DNA of 64,000 nucleotides. Source: Azolla caroliniana. Taxonomy: Eukaryota; Plantae; Polypodiophyta. Positions within the stretch are counted from its first letter, which is position 1, and each line of letters begins with the position of its first letter. Where the stretch lies: positions 4,340,001 to 4,404,000 of the forward strand of contig JBHGNT010000009.1 in NCBI GenBank assembly GCA_043228905.1, read 5' to 3'. This document shows positions 1 to 12,800 of the stretch, piece after piece. Both the position numbers and the translations under genes were made by a program. Below the pieces are notes generated by a model. It was not told where the DNA came from. It ran no database searches and was given only the letters and a program-made list of their open reading frames with translations.

Positions 1-1180
1 TAGATATGAATTGTGTTTGTAATAAACATGTTGCAACTTGCAAGGGGCAAGCTTTACTAATACATGACATGTTGGTATAACATTCACGAAAGATAACCTA
101 GGCAAACCTAACCTACGAGACAAAAATGCAATGCTTTTGCCCATAATGTACTCTTATGTTTTAAGAAATTTCCTTTGCTAAACATCGAATTTTTGAAGTT
201 TCTTTGATAACATGTTCGAATTGTCTCGAGATAAACCAAATGGACATATAATCTTAATCTTATTTGTTAATGGCACACAATTTAATGGAACATGTTAAAT
301 TTATTGAGTACTTGGTACTGGTCTTTCAAACTTCCAAAGGAGAATACATTCCATTATATCACAAGATAATCCTCATGATCCTAGTAATGCACAATATATT
401 GATCTAATTTACTGCCACCAAGCTATTTGCTTTTTTCATTGCTTAGAAGTTAGTAGTGATCTCTTAAATTGTTAAATGAGTCAAACAAGTTACCACATGG
501 TATATTCTAATTTGATATAATAATGTCAAATATTTTATCACCATTAGGGCCAAAATGAAATAATATATTATTAAATGACTTCGGAATTTCAAACATTAAT
601 TCATTTGTGGCATTGCCTTTGGAAACACAAATGATGAGGATTTGTTTAATAAGCATTCCATTTTGGGAACACTTTGGTAGTATGGAATCTAGACTCTGGA
701 CACATGACCTCAAAGCTATAAGTACATTGAATCTATTCAATGAATATAACATCAAAACCTAGGTTTTAACAACGAAATTTTATTTGTTGAAAAATTGTTG
801 GTGTGTCTATGAACTCAATTTAACAATATTATGATCAATTTTTTGTAATGAGTTCAACATGTAATACATTACAAACCACAAGCTTTACCACTCCACCATC
901 ATGTTTATATCTTAACTTAAGATTGTTTGGGAGATATGAATAAACAATTTGTTAGATTTGATTCATGCAATGATGTGGAACGACAATGCTTTAATGTGGT
1001 GCTTTGACATGCAGTTTTGTAGTATGTACTATTAATAGAAAGCGAGATCACACCTAACAACACATGCAATTAAATCACCAAAGCCCACCGACATCTTTCA
1101 AAAGAGAAAAAAGTGAATGCATCTTCACACGTGAATATGCACATAATATAATAGTTCAAACATATGGTGAAGCATTGAAT

Positions 1181-1183
1181 TGT

Positions 1184-1252
<69 letters not shown>
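1181..1252. repeat. Compound microsatellite (TG)n(AG)n
   Basis: Seen directly. Other SSRs: (AC)n 2654-2698, (TG)n near 36241, (TA)n(TATG)n 49232-49283, (CT)n near 31440 and 63170. Confidence 0.95.
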
Positions 1253-1254
<2 letters not shown>

Positions 1255-2136
1255 AGTTTTATTAAAGATATGGAGAAGTAGATGAGGTGTAGATAATCAG
1301 TCTACAATAAACAAGACTAGAGCCTTTACCTATTACATTAAAATACCTACAGGCTACGCCCTTAATTACAACAATGCCTTTTGTCATTGATGGGCCTATC
1401 ACTACTTGTTCATTTGAACCTATGTGGATTTGAGTGTTTATTTGAAATTGAAAGAGCTCTTCATACCATCCTTTGATCTACTCATTTTAGAAAGCATTGG
1501 GCTTCCACATTGTCCCTTTTTTGTATACCTCAATCATCCTTTATAATACTACTTCAAAACTTGGCAATATTACTCCCACACCTACAAGTCGAGTCTGCAA
1601 ATGGGATATACAAACATGGGACTTTCAAATGGTAAAAAGAAGTGGATATTTGCAACAAATTTTGATATCGATTCTTCCATCTCAAGGTTTGTTCGAGTTG
1701 CCATTAAATGCTCCTTAACCACCTGGAGCAAGTTATCGAAATTGTATCAGGATAGATTAAAGGATCCACTTTTGATGGTTGATATGAGGGAACTCTATTA
1801 GTAGGACACCCGATTGTTTTGGTTGCTTCTTTGACGATCTATATTTGGTTAGTGGGTTCAAAGTATTCATGGATTACTTCCTAGTTTAACCATACTTGAT
1901 TTAATGTATTGACTACACATAGTATTATGTTTAACTTGTTCCAAGGCTTTACATTTTATGTTTTCAGATGTACTTCCTACACTTATACACTCATAGATAT
2001 TTTCTCATCAATGTGTTTGTAATCACTTTTTTATTATTTTATTTAACAAGTGCAAAGTGAATCCAAAATTGTTATGCAACCATCAATATATTTTAATCTT
2101 ACATGGGAATATAGAGAATGGCTATTAATCAAATAC

Positions 2137-2651
2137 CCTTTGATGTGTGATTATTTGTTACAAAAATATTAGTAGCCACAATAGTTGCCTAAGATAACTT
2201 GCCTGGCCTTGGGTCAAGGGGATACCATCATGTTATTAACATCACAATTGTCGATCAAGCATTACTGAAACGCTAGGGTTACTCCCTTTGATGTGTGATT
2301 ATTTGTTACAACAATATTAGTAGCCACAACAATTGCTTAAGATACTTGTCTAGCCTTGGGTCAAGGGCATGCCTTCATGGTATTTACTATTAACATCACA
2401 CTTGCCAATCGAGCATTACAAAAAGGCTAGGGTTATTCTATTAGTCACATGACCTTTCCTATACATTGAGTTGACAATAGGGAGATGAATCAAAACATGT
2501 TAGATGATCTAACAATACCAAAAAAGTTAACTCTCTATTATCTAATACAATTAATGCTTCACAATGATGTGTAATTGTTTTTTCACAGAGGAGTTTGAGC
2601 ACTCATTTTAACATTCATGTTACTCGATGTGTTCTAACTTCTTATGAAGGA

Positions 2652-2701
<50 letters not shown>

Positions 2702-5250
2702 GAAAATATTTCGTATGCATCACATCTCTAAGTATGATTACCTAAATTAGATACTCAAGTACAAAAACGACAAGATGATTGTAAGAGTAAATTAATTTAT
2801 AGAATGTGCACTTGGACCTAAAGATTTTATGTGGAATTGTCGTTATCCCAATACTCTACATTCATGGTGTCGAGTTAATCATGATACCATGAATACTTAT
2901 GTATTTGAGCTCCGATTTTATGAGTGAGAGAGCTTGTCTTTAGTGTACATTTGTAGTTGAAAAGGAAACGTCTAGGTTGACTAGTACAAGACTAAAGTCA
3001 TTGCTCTTCAATCAATCGTATTCATAAAAGAGAAAATAGAGACAAAGGTGATGTTTGACAGGTAGTAAGAACTTAGGACCAACCATATCAAATACTAATA
3101 AATATGAATATTTAGAGTAAAACGAGCCTTGTTTTTCCGTTTTTATTGTTAGATTATAGATACATGTTAGGTTGGGAGGGATGGTCCATATGTTTTAATC
3201 AATTGTTGAAGTTAGAAAATAGTAACATATATATGTATAATGTAACAATGCCAGATGATTTATCAATCTTAACCTTTATGTAAGAATTATGACTGAGTGA
3301 TGGTTACTTGGTCTCTGTTTTTATCGAAAATGCAACTTGACTCTATTTGTTAAAGGAAAGTCTACGTTCTAGACAAAGATATAGATAGAGAGCAAGAGAG
3401 CGTGGGTGTCACGGTTTATCGTTACAAGAATATCCCAACGAGATTGAGACAACAATGATGCACTTGTGTCAATTGTATGTGTGCACGTCAGTGACTAATG
3501 ACCGAGAAAATTCTTTTCTTTAATCAAACATGGAGTCATGAGCTAACCTATTTTATAATTATGATTGAATGATGGTTACTTGGTCTCCGTTTTTATCGGA
3601 AATGCAACTTGACTCTCTTTGTTAAAGGAAAGTCTATGTGATAGACATAAATAGAGAGTAAGATAGCATGGGCGTCATGGTTTATCGTTGCAAGAATATC
3701 CCAACGAGATTGAGACAACAATGATGCACTTGTGTCAATTGTATCAGCGTGCACGTCACTGACGGGTGATCGAGAAAGTTCTTTTTTTAATCAAACATGG
3801 AGTCATGAGCTAACCTATTTTATAATTATGAAAACAGTGACAACTCACCAAATATTATTAAAATGCTAATGAGGTCTAAGTGCTTTCATCTCAAGACCAC
3901 TAAATATATTGTACTAGTATAACCTTCTCATAACGATCCTATCCCTCCTTTGTGTGGCCTATCTCTCTTTGTTTCCTCTCGTTTTCTTCAACTTGTCCTA
4001 CACTTATCTTATTTGACGATGGTAGCACGATATCATAAAAAGAATGCAACGTCAACATGATCATGTTTGTAATTCTACTTTTCTAAGTCTCCCCAACAAA
4101 AGGCTTTCAAGTTCCTACACTTTTTATAATGCATTTGTTTATTAAACCCCATGTTCGTGGTTGTTCTAGATTTGATTTATACACACAAGATATGCTTATT
4201 TTGCAATTGCAACTTATCATTGTCGTATGCTATAATTTTGAGGTATTAATTGGTTCAGAAGGTAATTTTGATATTTGAGGTTAAATAAAAAAGGATTGAG
4301 GGTATTATACAAGTGTGGTCTACATACCTACATACATAACTAGGTGAGAATCTCTATCAATCTCCTCATTGTGTCTTGTTAGAGAAAAAGAGTTTTGTTG
4401 AAATTCCAATTTTGATCAGCGCACATAAGATGCAATTTTATCACTAAAAGGAAGTGATCATGTGCATGCAAGTGTTATTTATACAATATCATCTAATGAC
4501 CACTAAGACACTCAAAGAAAGTGATAGAGAGGGGAGAACGATGTTTTACTCAATCATAGAGTGATGGACAAATTGGATCATAGAAATACGACAATTTCAA
4601 TATAGTAAAGTCATTTTATTAGGAGCAAAAAACCATACATGACCTATGGCAAAAGCGTTTTGGACATCTCCAACATAGGCCCATTGCTCAATGCTCGAAA
4701 CTCACAACATTACATATTCAAACCCCAAGTTTTATCTTTGTCATGTTTATAATTGCAAACTTAAATTTTACATTAACATCTTGTTGGCAACCTTTTTCCA
4801 CATGTGGGTTGTGGAAAGTTTCTCACCACCAAAGTGCTATTTTGTGTGTTATTAGATTAAGAATGCGAAAACATTAAGGCTTTTATGATAAACCCAATAC
4901 TACATCATCAATTGATTGATTTCAATGATGACAAGACAACCGTGACCAAAATACTTGAGGATTTTAAGTCAATGACAATATCATAGTTATCCATACTCAC
5001 ACATGATGTTGTACAACCTACTAGTCCATACCCTAGTTTAACTTTGGACTCGTGAACCTATTTAATAGAGTCAATGTGATTGTATATTGTAGGATAATAG
5101 TCCAGATAAGAACGTGAATGGTAGGTATTCATATTCACACATGATGTTGTCCAACCTACTACTCCATACCCTAGTTGAATTGTAGACTCGTGAACTTATT
5201 TAATGGAGCCAATGTGATTGTATATTGTAGGATGATGGTCTAGACAAGAA
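2137..5250. repeat. Three separate two-copy tandem duplications
   Basis: About 150 bp (2137-2284, 2285-2435), about 273 bp (3285-3557, 3558-3831) and about 140 bp (4995-5110, 5135-5250). Confidence 0.85.
4620..4700 (+). mobile_element. Highly decayed copia fragment
   Basis: 4641 onward translates DLWQKRFGHL, the GAG-pre-integrase LWH.R.GH motif. Flanks are not readable. Confidence 0.35.
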
Positions 5251-5759
5251 AATGAATTGGATTTGTAAGCAAAAATATCTCAAATCATGGTGTAAGACCA
5301 CCCATTTGAACTATAACTATTATAGGCACATGAAGGAAGGGATTTTTCTTTTTCCAAAAAAATATTCTTCATTAGTAGAATTCGACATACATGACGAAAT
5401 GACTAGAATAAAAACATTACAGTGGTTGTAGCCATGATGACCTCTGAAAACCACAACTAAGGGAAGTGAAAGACCAAAAAGGAATACCATGTGACATCTT
5501 ACATGTAATGAACATAGAAATTTGTCCTGTTTGAATGTGAGCATGTCCTCTTGTTCCCCAATGAAGACAATTTTCCTTTGCTTTCCTTTAACCTTTTCTC
5601 CACCTTGGAATAAAACGCGGTGGGCCGCCTTGGATATCCCACAACTATCCTCTTCCATGTCGAAATCGACCATCTCCTTCATCTCCACAACCATCGAGAA
5701 TATACTTCTATGAAACCTCCATACCATCAACACTCCGCTTTATCACAACCTTCATGTTC

Positions 5760-6390
5760 TCACATCAGCCATGTCGACGGTTACCACCAAAATCCTATAA
5801 CAACATGATGTATTGTCCTCATCTCCTCAAGAAAATATGCTTCAACCCCCACACCATCTTCACTCATCCGTATCACAAAACAAAAATGTGCTTCATTCAG
5901 TCCGCATCAACCATCTCACCGATTACTACCAAGGTCTTATACAAACAACAACACAATGGGTCTAGAATGTTTCCTCATCTCCTCATAATATGCGTCGCCC
6001 CCCATGCTATCATCACTCATACTGATAAAAACAGAAAATCTGCTTCGTTTAGTCCACATAAACTATCTTGCTCTCACCGATTATCACTGAAAACATTTTA
6101 CCTACAAAAAACAAAATGAGAATCCTCTCTACCTCTCCTTATGGAAATATGCTTCAATCCCCGCCACCATCATCACTCATCCTAATGAGAAACATAAAAT
6201 CTGCTTCATTCAGTCCACATCAACCATCTCTCTGACCATCTCCCCATCTCGCCGATTACCATCAGAATCCTGTACTGACAGCAATAAATGAGTCTAAAAA
6301 AGGTTCCTCACCTTCTCATGATAATCTATTTCAACCCCCACACTATCATCACTCTTCCTGATAAAAAAAACAGAAAATCAGCTTCCTCAA
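5760..6390. repeat. Degenerate tandem repeat, four units of about 160-175 bp
   Basis: CCTCATCTCCTCA..ATATGC.TC..CCCCCA..ATCACTCAT..AAAATCTGCTTC recurs near 5817, 5973, 6130 and 6306. Confidence 0.8.
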
Positions 6391-9104
6391 GTCCCTACAT
6401 TGAACTTGAAATAGAGTATACTTGAAAAATTCACACATGTAAGTCAAGGAAGAATGATGACAATGATAAAAGGCCATTTGTTGATCCAACATTCCCTAGA
6501 AGACTGCACCCCACGTGAAAATAGCCAACTTATACCTACGAGAAGCCTAAGAATTCAAAACCTAAAAACTTTTAGCGGCAACATATTCCCAGAATACATG
6601 ATGCAATGTCTTAGATGCAAACCCACACATAACACATGACCGATCACGCACTGATCCCCTCAACAATTCACCTACTGATAATGCGTAATGAATCATCAAC
6701 CATCGAAAATGCAATATCTTGTTCATACATTTAATTGACCAAAACTGTTTCCAAAACATCACCATATGAGAAGATGAGACATTACCTTCTTCCCAATACT
6801 TTTTTCTAGTAGGTACCGGCTCGGTCTGGCTCAACAAAAAGTTGAATCTACCAAATGCCACCGAATATGTGAAAAAAGGAAGGAACTTAGTTGAAGTGTC
6901 AGACATGGACAATTTCCAACCATAATCCGATGGATCCCACTACAAATCGGCAAGTGGCCTAGAGTGTAAAACCCAAATATGAGATGAGTAGTTAGCAATT
7001 AAAGGACTAGAATCGATAAATATTTTTTTATCTAATCTAGCAATTACTCGCACTGGCAATTGCTTTGTTACAGACATAATTGGAAACTCCTCCTCCACTA
7101 GTATCAACCTACCATTGTCCAGAACTTCATAAAAATAGAGGCCGCCATTTTGATGATATAAATGAACTCCTATAAGTATATTGAGTGTCAAAAACATACC
7201 GTACCAACTCTGAAAATGATCGAACTACAAAGTTGGCATTGTGACTTGATACACCATGGACAATTGAGAGAACATTATCTTTGCCCCTCTTAAATTAGAC
7301 AACATATTCCACTGAAGTCTGCAAAAACTTTATCCTATCCACAACCATACGGTGTCATGAGGATTTTTGATCATGGTGAGAAAACCAAGTGGGATGGATA
7401 AAATGGGGATGTGCAACATTGCACATGCACTTGGAAGATTAGGAAAAGAAACAAATGTAAAAAAGGAAGGGTAAATGTAAGGTGTTAAAAGTGCACTACG
7501 AAATTTCATAAAGTGTAAATGTGATGTGCACTTATGTGCACATGCACATGTAGACTAAAGGGAGAGTACATGAAGTATGGGTGTAGTGAGTAGTGGGCAT
7601 AGTGTGTGTGTGAGGAGAGGGAGTTAAGGCTCCATCAATCTCTCCTCCAAAAATAAAGGCCAAATATTCCCCCATTGAAAGAAGGGGGGGTTGACCTCTT
7701 CTTTATGTAATGTGCCTCACCCCTTACTACTATAAAAGGGAGAGAGGGGCCATTTTTGAGGGGCTTCCACTTTTGGGTTTCTTTGGGTTGCCATTAGGGT
7801 TTTCGAATTTTGGGTTTTACAATCTCGTTTTAGGGGTTTCATTCGTCTTCTTCTTCGTCTTCTTCTTTTCCGCTATCCGGTTAGGGTTTCATCTAGAGGG
7901 TTTACATTCGGCCTACACGACCACGGTTGTAATTGGTGTGGTGCTTTCCATAATGTATCTTGTCTTGCTTAGATCTTATTATCTTGAATCTTAATCACTC
8001 GAATCTTAATCTTTCTCTTCCTTCTCGATTGAACTCCCAAGCTTCTCTCCCTCCTCTTGCTCCCTAGTCCAAGACCCTCGCGGTTCCGTCCTATCTGACA
8101 TGCACGCGTGGATTTTCGCTGTCGTGAAGAAAACCGGCCTTAGGAGGAATCGACAAATAAGACGTTGTCGGGAAGTTTCGTGCATGTGTGTTACTTGGGC
8201 GGGACCACGAGGGTCTTGGACTAGGGAGTACTCAAGGGATAGAGAAGACTCGAGGTTTGCTTTACGACAATACTACTTCCCGACCCCTTCACGAGCAAGG
8301 GCTCGTTGCCCTTTGTTTTGTGAGGCCGATGGCTTTCGTTGATCACGACTCGTCGACCTTTCGAGATCACCGCACGAGCCAAGTGATCAAACGGGTACAA
8401 GCAAGATGAGCACACAAGATGAACACACAAGGGGACGATAACACAAACATGAATGCCCGTACATCTTTATGAGGAGGAGAGGTGCATGGGCACGCCCGAA
8501 TGCTCCCTCGTCACAAGCGTCGAACGTACGAGGAAGACACAAAACACACGCACAAATCACGGTAATCCGCGAGTACGTGTAGGATCCGAGGTAGGACCAT
8601 AGGGGTCTTGGACTAGGGAGTAGAGGAGAAGGAATAAGACACAAAATGGAAGCTTAGCTCAAGAGGAGAAGAGGAAGAATAACACATAAACATAGAATAG
8701 AATAGATGGAGGCAAGATACACCCACAAGACAAGAAAATCAACATGCTATATTAAGAGTTCACAAAAGATTACAACCAAGGCTGCATATGCCGCACCAAA
8801 AACGACTACAAGAAAATCCTCACCGGATGAGCAAGTAAAGAAGTATAGTAAAACCCTAAAGGAAACCCAAGAAGAAAACCCTAGAAGAAACCCTAAAACC
8901 GAATAGAACCCCTCGACCTAAGTGGTATACCTCTCTCACTCAAAATAGGCAACCCCAAATGAGCTCCCTCGACCTCCTTTTGTAGGAAAAAAGGAAGGGG
9001 GGTCGCCAATTTTGTCTTTAATGCAAAAAGGAATAAAATTCATTAAATCACATTGCATTATAAGACTAGATTTGAACCGTGCACCTCTAGCTAGAAGTCA
9101 ATGT

Positions 9105-9811
9105 TTTTAGGAAACAGGTCCCTCCGGATGGGAAGTGAGAAGAACCGGATGTGGAGTACCCGACAATGGAAGACCCGGTGAGAACTGGATGACGAGTATC
9201 CGGCAACGGAAGACCCGATGAGAACTGGATGTGGAGTACCCGACAACGGAAGACCCGGTGAGAACCGGATGACGAGTACCCAGCAAGGAAGACCCGGTGA
9301 GAACCGGATGTTGCAGGCCCGGTGAGAACCTCTCATATTGGATGGAAGGGACATATATGTAAATATGTTCCAGAGAGCCCATTGGGGCTATATTTGTAAA
9401 TAGCCCGAAAGTCATATTAGTATAAATATGACCTAGGGCAAACTTAATAGTATGATGTAGAGCTGGTTGTATTATTATCGTTGTTGCGATAATTCAGAGC
9501 GAAACTGTGTACAGAGAAGAGAGAGAGAGAAGAAGAGGTTGTTGCCTCTGTTGTAACCGCCTAGTGGCGAAGCGAGGGAGTAAGAGGTCGTTGCCTCTGT
9601 GCCCCATTGTTGTAATCTTGATATAGTGATATTTTGTAGTTTGAGGGCTGCCGTGGTTTTTCCTAGATTTGGGTTTTCCACGTTAACATCCTGTGCACTT
9701 TCTTCTTTACTGTTTCGTGTGTAGATACATCTTACCAGATCCCTGATTTCTGTGCTTGATCCGACGTCTCGGTTGTGGCTGAGCATAGAAAAGGAAACCA
9801 TATTCCTTACA
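9105..9811 (+). mobile_element. Solo LTR E of a different family, inserted in LTR B
   Basis: 5-bp TSD AATGT (9100-9104, 9812-9816); right end ATTCCTTACA, left end degenerate TTTTAGGAA. Shares its 3' sequence with the element at 63220-63572. Confidence 0.7.
9140..9329. repeat. 40-bp tandem repeat (about 4.5 copies) inside LTR E
   Basis: Units AGAACYGGATG..GAGTAYCC..CAA.GGAAGACCCG.TG start at 9141, 9181, 9221 and 9261, alternating GTGG and GACG variants. Confidence 0.9.
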
Positions 9812-12800
9812 AATGTGACTATCCACTAGCCCATTAACTCTCTTATATATAATGTATGATTCTATCTCTATAAATTCTTAGCTTGTCCCCCCTCTACTTT
9901 TTACCTCTCCTCTCTCTTACTTTTTACATGAGCTCACTACTCATTCTACTCTACAAAGTGCACATCACATTTATGCCTCTACGAACTTCGTGGTGCACCT
10001 TTAGCACCTTAGATTATTACCCTTCCCATTACATTTTGTTTACTTATTCTTATTACACAAATTTACAAGTGCATGTGCAATGTTGCATATCCCCATTTTA
10101 TTTGTTCCTCTCGGTTTTCTCACCGTAGCCGGAAATCTTCACGACAACGCATGAACCGGCCCTTATGCGCGGGCACAAGTATTGATAAGATGTACATAAT
10201 TAGGAATAGGTCGGCTGATGTAAATATACTAGGTTGTACACGTTTATTAGCTAGGAAATCGATGCGTATCTCTGTCAGAAGGGACAGAGAATAAAGATGA
10301 TGTATTCAGGATGTGACGGTCCTCCCCGACGGCCTATAAAAGAAAGGGGAAAATGATTGAAATGGTATCACGTTTTGGGAGGACGAAGTGCTGTCGGACT
10401 GGGAACCGAGCACTCTTCTCGTTTTTCCTCGTTGAGCTCTGCAGGTTTTGGTCGGTTGCCTCTGCTCGAGGGAGAAGCCCGTGCGCTTCGGCAAAGGCTC
10501 CACTGTGTGCTCTGTGTGTGTGTGTGGGTGTTTGCACATGGTCGCTCATCGGCTTGCCGGTTGTAATCTCGAAAGCTTTGTATTCGCCTAGTTGTCTTAA
10601 TCGATTCCTTGTTTGTGAGTCCTTTGCGTATTTGTATGTGTGTCTCGACTCATTATTGGTACGAAATCAGACGAGCGTGTGTTACTGTTCATTCTTCGTA
10701 CATTGCCGCAGTAGTCGTTGAGCCGACAAGCACGTGTCGAGGATCGTCCACCCGGTGAGCTCTGCGTACCTATTTGCCAGTAGCCGGTACTTGTCGGCCC
10801 ATTGTTTCACCTTGCTCCTCCCTCTGTTTCGGGTTTTCCTCGGTCCAGGGCCCATGTGGTTCCGCCTGAGTTTCCTACGCGAGAGCATAACAACACGACA
10901 CCGCGACAACGGGCTGGACCACTATCCATTGCAGCCCAAGATAACCTAGGGCGTAGACCCAAAACACATGCAACTTCATCAGTAAATAAAGGATTCCATA
11001 TCCACGATTGCCGCATGAATTGATGACATCTTTTCGATGGCAAGAAAACAAGTGCTTGACGAGACTTTCCCATGCCCGAAAAATTCTATTAAAGAAACGT
11101 AACGATCCAACATTGGACTTAGGCAACGGAAAATCTAAATTAAAGAACCATCTAAGACTATCATTCCATTGACCACCTACTGATGGCTTGACCTTATGTA
11201 AGTGTCGAATCCATAGCTTTTTCCATAACTCCTCTCCATGACCTATCAATAAACTCCTAACAACATGTTTGGCACGTAAGGCATTACTTTGCATAAAGGG
11301 ATCAATCAAACCTAGACCTCCTTTCTGTTTAGACTGTATAAGAACCGACCAAGCTACCTTTGCTACAAAATTGTTTGAAATAGTGTTCCACCAAATAAAA
11401 TTACGTACTAGACGTTGGACTTTAAGCATTATTGACCTAGAAAACAACCATGTAGATGTTATATACCAAATCGAGGACAAAAGCACCGAATTAGCTACAA
11501 CTATATGTCATGCTAAGGATAGCTTCTTCGTATGCTAGTATATTAGCTTATTCCTTAACCTTAACAACAAGGGCGCAATCATATCCTCTGCATTTAATCC
11601 CAAACCCACTTTATAGCCTAAATACCTAACGGATTGACCTTGAGGTATCCACATGAATCCCGAGGTAGGTACATTAAATGGTAGATCTCCAGAAGCGACC
11701 CAAAAACCTGATGATTTATCCCAATTTATCAATGCACTTGATGCATCTGAGAAATCATCCACAACTTTTTGCACCTGTAACAAATTAAATTGTGAGGCCT
11801 GAACATGTAAAGTTGTATCATCAACAAACTCACTATCCACGCCAACATTTGCCATTCGTAGTGCTAAACCTTTAATACATATTGAGAATGTAAATGTACG
11901 AAAAATGCTTCAGATACTAGTAAAAACAAAAAAGGAGCAAATGGACATCCCTACCACACTAATCTTGAAATAGAAAACCGCCTACCAATATCCCGTGCAA
12001 ATAAAAGAGAACTATGTGCGTTACGATATAATGTTGATACTCCTCGTATCTATATGTTTGGAAAACCCATCCTAAGCAGTGTTCTCTCCATAAAATCCCA
12101 GTCCACTTTGTCGTAAGCTTTTTCAAAATCAAGAAATAACACTGCCAGATCTTGCTTATGCACTTCAACAAAGCCCACCATTTCCCAAAAAAGAATGATA
12201 TTATCAAAAATACTTCATTCTTGCAGAAAACAAGTATGGGAATCATGAATCAACTCCAAAAGATAAGGTTGTAATTGTCTAGCTATCATTTTTGCTAATA
12301 TCTTATAAATAACATTCAATAAGGTAATTGGTCTCCAATGACGAAGCTCTTCTAACTGTCCACTTGTTTTAGGAATTATATAGATTAAACCCCCATTCCA
12401 TTCTTGTGGCATATTTCCCGAGTCTAAAATTTGTTGATAAGCTTTGGTTAGTCCATCACCTATCAAATCCCAATACTGTATATACCACTGGACTTCCAAC
12501 CCATCCTATCTAGGAGAAACATCCTTTGCAAGGGCTTTTATCGCTTTAAGAACATCTTGAGGACTTAATGGTTGCAAAAGACATTTTGAAAGTTGTACAA
12601 ACACCCTATTTGATGCATCTGACTAGAATCAATGGTATAAGAGCCATCAAGACATTTTAACCGAGAAATCCTAGCAGTTGACTTATGATGATTATGCATT
12701 GCAAAGAACAGTTTATTGACTTTATCTCCTGACTTTGCCCATGTAGACGATATATTATGATAATTAAAATCAACAGAAACCTTTTCTAATTGCAATATCT

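Larger units (their letters stand above)
8166..10146 (-). mobile_element. Solo LTR B (reverse orientation, probably composite), inserted 46 bp into LTR C
   Basis: Plus-strand ends TGTCGGG and CACGACA; TSD ACGT/ACGC (8162-8165, 10147-10150). 9830-10146 is an inverted homolog of 7353-7620. The 3'-end motif occurs twice (about 8200 and 8600). Confidence 0.75.
8120..10900 (+). mobile_element. Solo LTR C, inserted in the terminal bases of LTR A
   Basis: Ends TGTCGTG and CACGACA; TSD TCGC/CCGC (8116-8119, 10901-10904); TATAAAAG near 10335; homologous to the copy at 31841-32551. Confidence 0.8.
7353..10908 (+). mobile_element. Solo LTR A (outer element of the nest)
   Basis: Ends TGTCATG and CGCGACA; exact 4-bp TSD ACGG (7349-7352, 10909-10912); TATAAAAG near 7731. 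Body is 7353-8119 with the last bases at 10901-10908. Confidence 0.85.

Noticed and set aside
1064-1255. 63-aa ORF ending in CV and ER repeats
   Set aside because: It is a translation of the (TG)n(AG)n microsatellite.
1-2100. Possible gene or transposon remnants in short ORFs at the window start
   Set aside because: I could not recognise any diagnostic motif or consistent splice structure.
5320-6119. ORFs of 121-137 aa
   Set aside because: They overlap a degenerate tandem repeat and decayed repetitive DNA and show no protein family motif.
9140-9329. CRISPR-like regular repeats
   Set aside because: The units are contiguous with no unique spacers, there are no cas genes, and the context is a eukaryotic LTR.
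7353-10146. Single DIRS-like or foldback element with long inverted termini
   Set aside because: Separate TSDs resolve it into independent nested solo LTRs in opposite orientations; no tyrosine recombinase or transposase ORF is present.
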